DNA of 64,000 nucleotides from the NCBI GenBank assembly GCA_964106645.2, contig OZ067043.1; one strand, 5' to 3'. Below the pieces are notes generated by a model that saw only the letters and a program-made list of their open reading frames with translations, had not been told where the DNA came from and ran no database searches. The position numbers and the translations under genes are program-made. Shown here one piece after another: positions 60,701-64,000 of the stretch. How positions within the stretch are numbered: the stretch's first letter is position 1; the number at the start of each line of letters is the position of its first letter. Source of the stretch: Podarcis pityusensis (taxonomy: Eukaryota).

Positions 60701-63013
60701 GTAAAAACCTTGGATGCTGCCCAGAAACTTTAAATCTGCCTTTTGAAATCAGTGAAAACTGAAGAGCACAGTTAAGTGCTCATGCTTCACTGATTTCCAC
60801 AGGACAAGTTCAGCAGGAAAAAGTCAAGCTGTAGATTTGCTTTCTCTTTCCTGCATGGGAAGTTCTGTGGCATTTTCTGCTGTCATGATGTGATGGGGGA
60901 GGTTCTGTGGCTGTTGAATCTACTGCAGTCTCTGGCTGTGGGTCTAAGGGCAGAGAGTGTCAGGCGTGTGACGGAACGGGGAGGGGGAATTGATGGGTGA
61001 TGAATTCTGGGGGAGGAACGTTGGGATTAGAGCCGAAACCAGTTCTATCCCTACTTAGTGCCCAGATGAGTCACTCTTCCTGTGCCCACACCTTTGCTGG
61101 GGATGAGTGAAACAGGGTGTTTCTTATGGGCTGTCTATTTACAAACAGTGAACGATATTTTTAGATAAAGTTAAACTTTTATACCCTCTGGTGGATCACC
61201 CACGAGGATGAGGCGTCATTGAGCTCTCCTGACGCCTTTTGTTGGTTTGGCTTATGGTGAAGGCCTGGAGTGCTATTGAAATGGCTCCTGTTTTCTTTGA
61301 GACAATTAGTTAGTATAGATTAATGAACCCTTAACATGCTTAGCTTGTTCCCCATGCACCAAGAGGTGAAAGCGTAGTTAAAGTTTAGGTACAGCTTCCC
61401 TTTTATAGTACAATGCCTCTCCCCCCCGCCACTGCTCCTGTGAGTGAATTACCCTGATACAGTGTCAAGATTCTTTTTGCCTCTTGCGTATTTATTAAGT
61501 CTCCTTTTCAACTCTTATGTATTTTGTGTGAATGAAGAAAAGAGAGAGTACTGCATGTTAACCAGGTGCTATTCCTAAGTGACATTTTGAATTTTGAATT
61601 CCCTTAAACAAGTTGCATCAGGAAAATCATTAGTCTCTTGAAGAAGGTGTGGGTCTAACATGTGTTTAGAACTGTGTGTGGGTAAAAGTGCTAGTGGTGG
61701 AAAAATGAGCTAGCAGGGAAAGGATTAAGCATCCTTGTGTTGCTGCCCCCTGCCAAAGTTGGTTTTCCTTTCCTGATCATTCTTCATCAAGCTGTTTTTT
61801 TTAATTAAAAATAATATTGGGGTGTAATATATATCCACATGCAATATCTTTGTTGGCTCTAAAGTTCTTCTAACTTTGGTCTTGGTGACTGGGGTCATCT
61901 GATCCCCAGTAATGGAAGGAAGCCCTTGCAAAATTAGGACTCCCGGGTCTTTGTATTCCACTGCCCAGAGCATTCAGGTGGGGGTCCTTCAGGAAGGGCA
62001 GCTCCTAGAGATGTTTATAAGTTAACAATGATGTTTTGCATTGCCCACCATCCTTTGTGTTGTCCTAGAAGAGGAAACAACTCAACATAGCCCAGTAGGA
62101 GAAATATTCCTGAAAGAATTGGGAGGGAGGAAGACAATATGTTACTGCATGCAGTGCATCCCACCCCAGATCATTGAAAATAGATGGCTGATGGAGAAAG
62201 AAAGTGTTGCACTCTTTCACTGAGAATCTGCAGTTGTTATACACTCTATACTTTCCCTGCCCCACCGCTGTCATTTTTCCTGTTAGTGACAGTTCATGAA
62301 TGACGGTGTGTTCTCCATAACAGGACAGATGGTAGCCTTGGTTGGGGCTTGGTTTACATTTAGAAAATGTAATGTGGGTGAAAACGTTAACCTCCTTCTG
62401 CAGGGTCCAGATCCTCACCCCCACCCTGGCTATCTTTAAAAGATATGTAAAGACATAGGAGATTTGTGATCAGATCTCCAACATTTCATCTAGTTTAACC
62501 CTACTGTATGTTTTCTTTTGGCCAAAAGTATTGTACCTCTCTATAGGAGCTTCCGGACTGTTACTGTTTTGGGTGGGATTGAATTGCATACTGGCAAATT
62601 TAGGTCATGCAATTATAGTTGATTGGGAGGTCTTGCACAATAAACCTGCTTCCCCAAAAGATTGGACGTTTTTCAAGAAGGATTGTGTGAGAAAGTTTTA
62701 AGACAATAGCAGTGTGGCTGGACTTTGGTATGTGCTGCTGCAGAATACGTTTGACTGCTTCCTCTTCTCTCTTATCTTGGCTAATTCACCTAATTCCTTG
62801 TTCTGGAAAAATGTTAGGTTCCTACATAAAGAGTGTGAATCCATATGAGTCTTTGTTTCACAGGTCTTAGTTCCCAAGCCTATCGAATATTTATTTTGGG
62901 TGGACGGTCTTCTCCACTTTGGACACGGATACATTGTGTGTGTGTATTTATGTATGGATCTGTTCAAGGCTTCAAGTGGAAAACTGACACATTTGTGAGG
63001 TTTTGAAGTCTGG

Positions 63014-63132
63014 GAGTGGTATTCAACTAAATTTTATTCAGCCTGGACCCACTGAAATAAATGAACCCGACTAAGTTAGGTCCATTAATTTTAGTAGGTC
63101 TTTACTGAGTAAATCTTAGTTGAATACCACCC
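63014..63132. mobile_element. Palindromic MITE, about 120 bp
   Basis: TIRs G(A)GTGGTATTCAACTAA and TTAGTTGAATACCACCC, with internal dyad symmetry. Confidence 0.8.
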
Positions 63133-64000
63133 TGCATTTTCCAAATGATGAACCTTGGCTGAAATTTGACAAGGCAGTTCCATGCAGTTCTATAACATTA
63201 CCTTCTTGCATTTCTGAGAGGAACCTGCTGCCAAAGAACTTGGCCTTTACCCAGATAACTCTGTTCCTGTGACTGCCTCAGCCCATATCCCACTGATTAA
63301 TGGGATGGAAGAGCTGTCTCAAGTCGGCACTCATGTAGTAATTGGTGCATCCCTGGCCACGCTGGTGCACTTTCATCAGGCATGAGTGATTGGTAATGTC
63401 ATTTCACTATGGCTGTGATGCAAGCCTCTTGTTTACAGTATTTAGCAATTCTTGCTACTTGCAGCTTGAAGATGCATCACAGGAAGTGCTGTTCGGCTCT
63501 TGTCCTTGCCTGGGCTGGCAGAGGTGAATTACGTGCTTCAGAGCCAGCATTTCTCTTCCTTGATTCATCCATAACCAGTCATCTTTGGCATTTGATTTCA
63601 CTCTTTCCATAGCCACATGGGGCAACAAATGTTCCACTGAGAGGGTGTCTTGGATTGATACCAGCTTAGCTGAGGCCTTTTTCTTTTTTCTTTTTGGTTG
63701 GATTTGATGATCACCAAATGAAACTGGGACCTTTGTTCCTTGAAAAGGCAAGTTGGGATGACTCAGATATTAGCAATGGTAGGAAGTCAGTGTTGGCTTT
63801 TAAAGTGCTGAGGGTTCTTCTGATGCTGTACTTATACAAGGTCAACGTAAAGCATTACAAGATCCATGCTAAATGCTCTGATTAGTTAATGTTGTGGGCA
63901 CATTCATTGCTATACAATTGCTAAAGTGAAGAAGATGTGAACCAAGTCTGCGTGCCTGGATGGGCAATCATTAACAACTTCAGGTAAAGCAAGGGCAGCC

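Noticed and set aside
63600-63990. Possible further 5' UTR exon ending CAG|gtaaag at 63983
   Set aside because: The donor is plausible but no unambiguous acceptor could be assigned; no DENND2C coding sequence is recognisable in the window

Overview
Vertebrate genomic DNA from a squamate reptile, probably a lacertid lizard (Sauria SINEs and other lizard-type repeats). It carries the conserved + strand block CSDE1 (last 6 coding exons and 3' UTR, about 160-7835), NRAS (complete, 189 aa, about 12060-18180 plus a spliced 3' UTR) and AMPD1 (complete, 16 exons, 746 aa, 25427-43822, including the 12-nt mini-exon 2). A CpG-island promoter and first exon at about 50.5-51.2 kb is probably DENND2C by synteny, but none of its main CDS is visible. 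Introns and spacers hold Sauria SINEs, tRNA/CR1-tail and MIR-like SINEs, Tc1/mariner and hAT MITEs, CR1/L2 fragments and microsatellites; family names are by eye, not from a library search. Most notable candidates: (1) a spliced 36-aa uORF with a perfect Kozak context (MGAGETLLQACIRSLARELHQTLLKVADTCEEPAFS), an N-myristoylation motif and an amphipathic helix, in the putative DENND2C leader; (2) a 19-nt poison microexon in CSDE1; (3) a ~1.1 kb micro-inversion upstream of AMPD1, shown by a split SINE whose two target-site duplication copies are inverted; (4) an N>Y change in the near-invariant ARNS motif of AMPD1; (5) a CSDE1-NRAS spacer of ~4.2 kb, versus ~0.15 kb in mammals.
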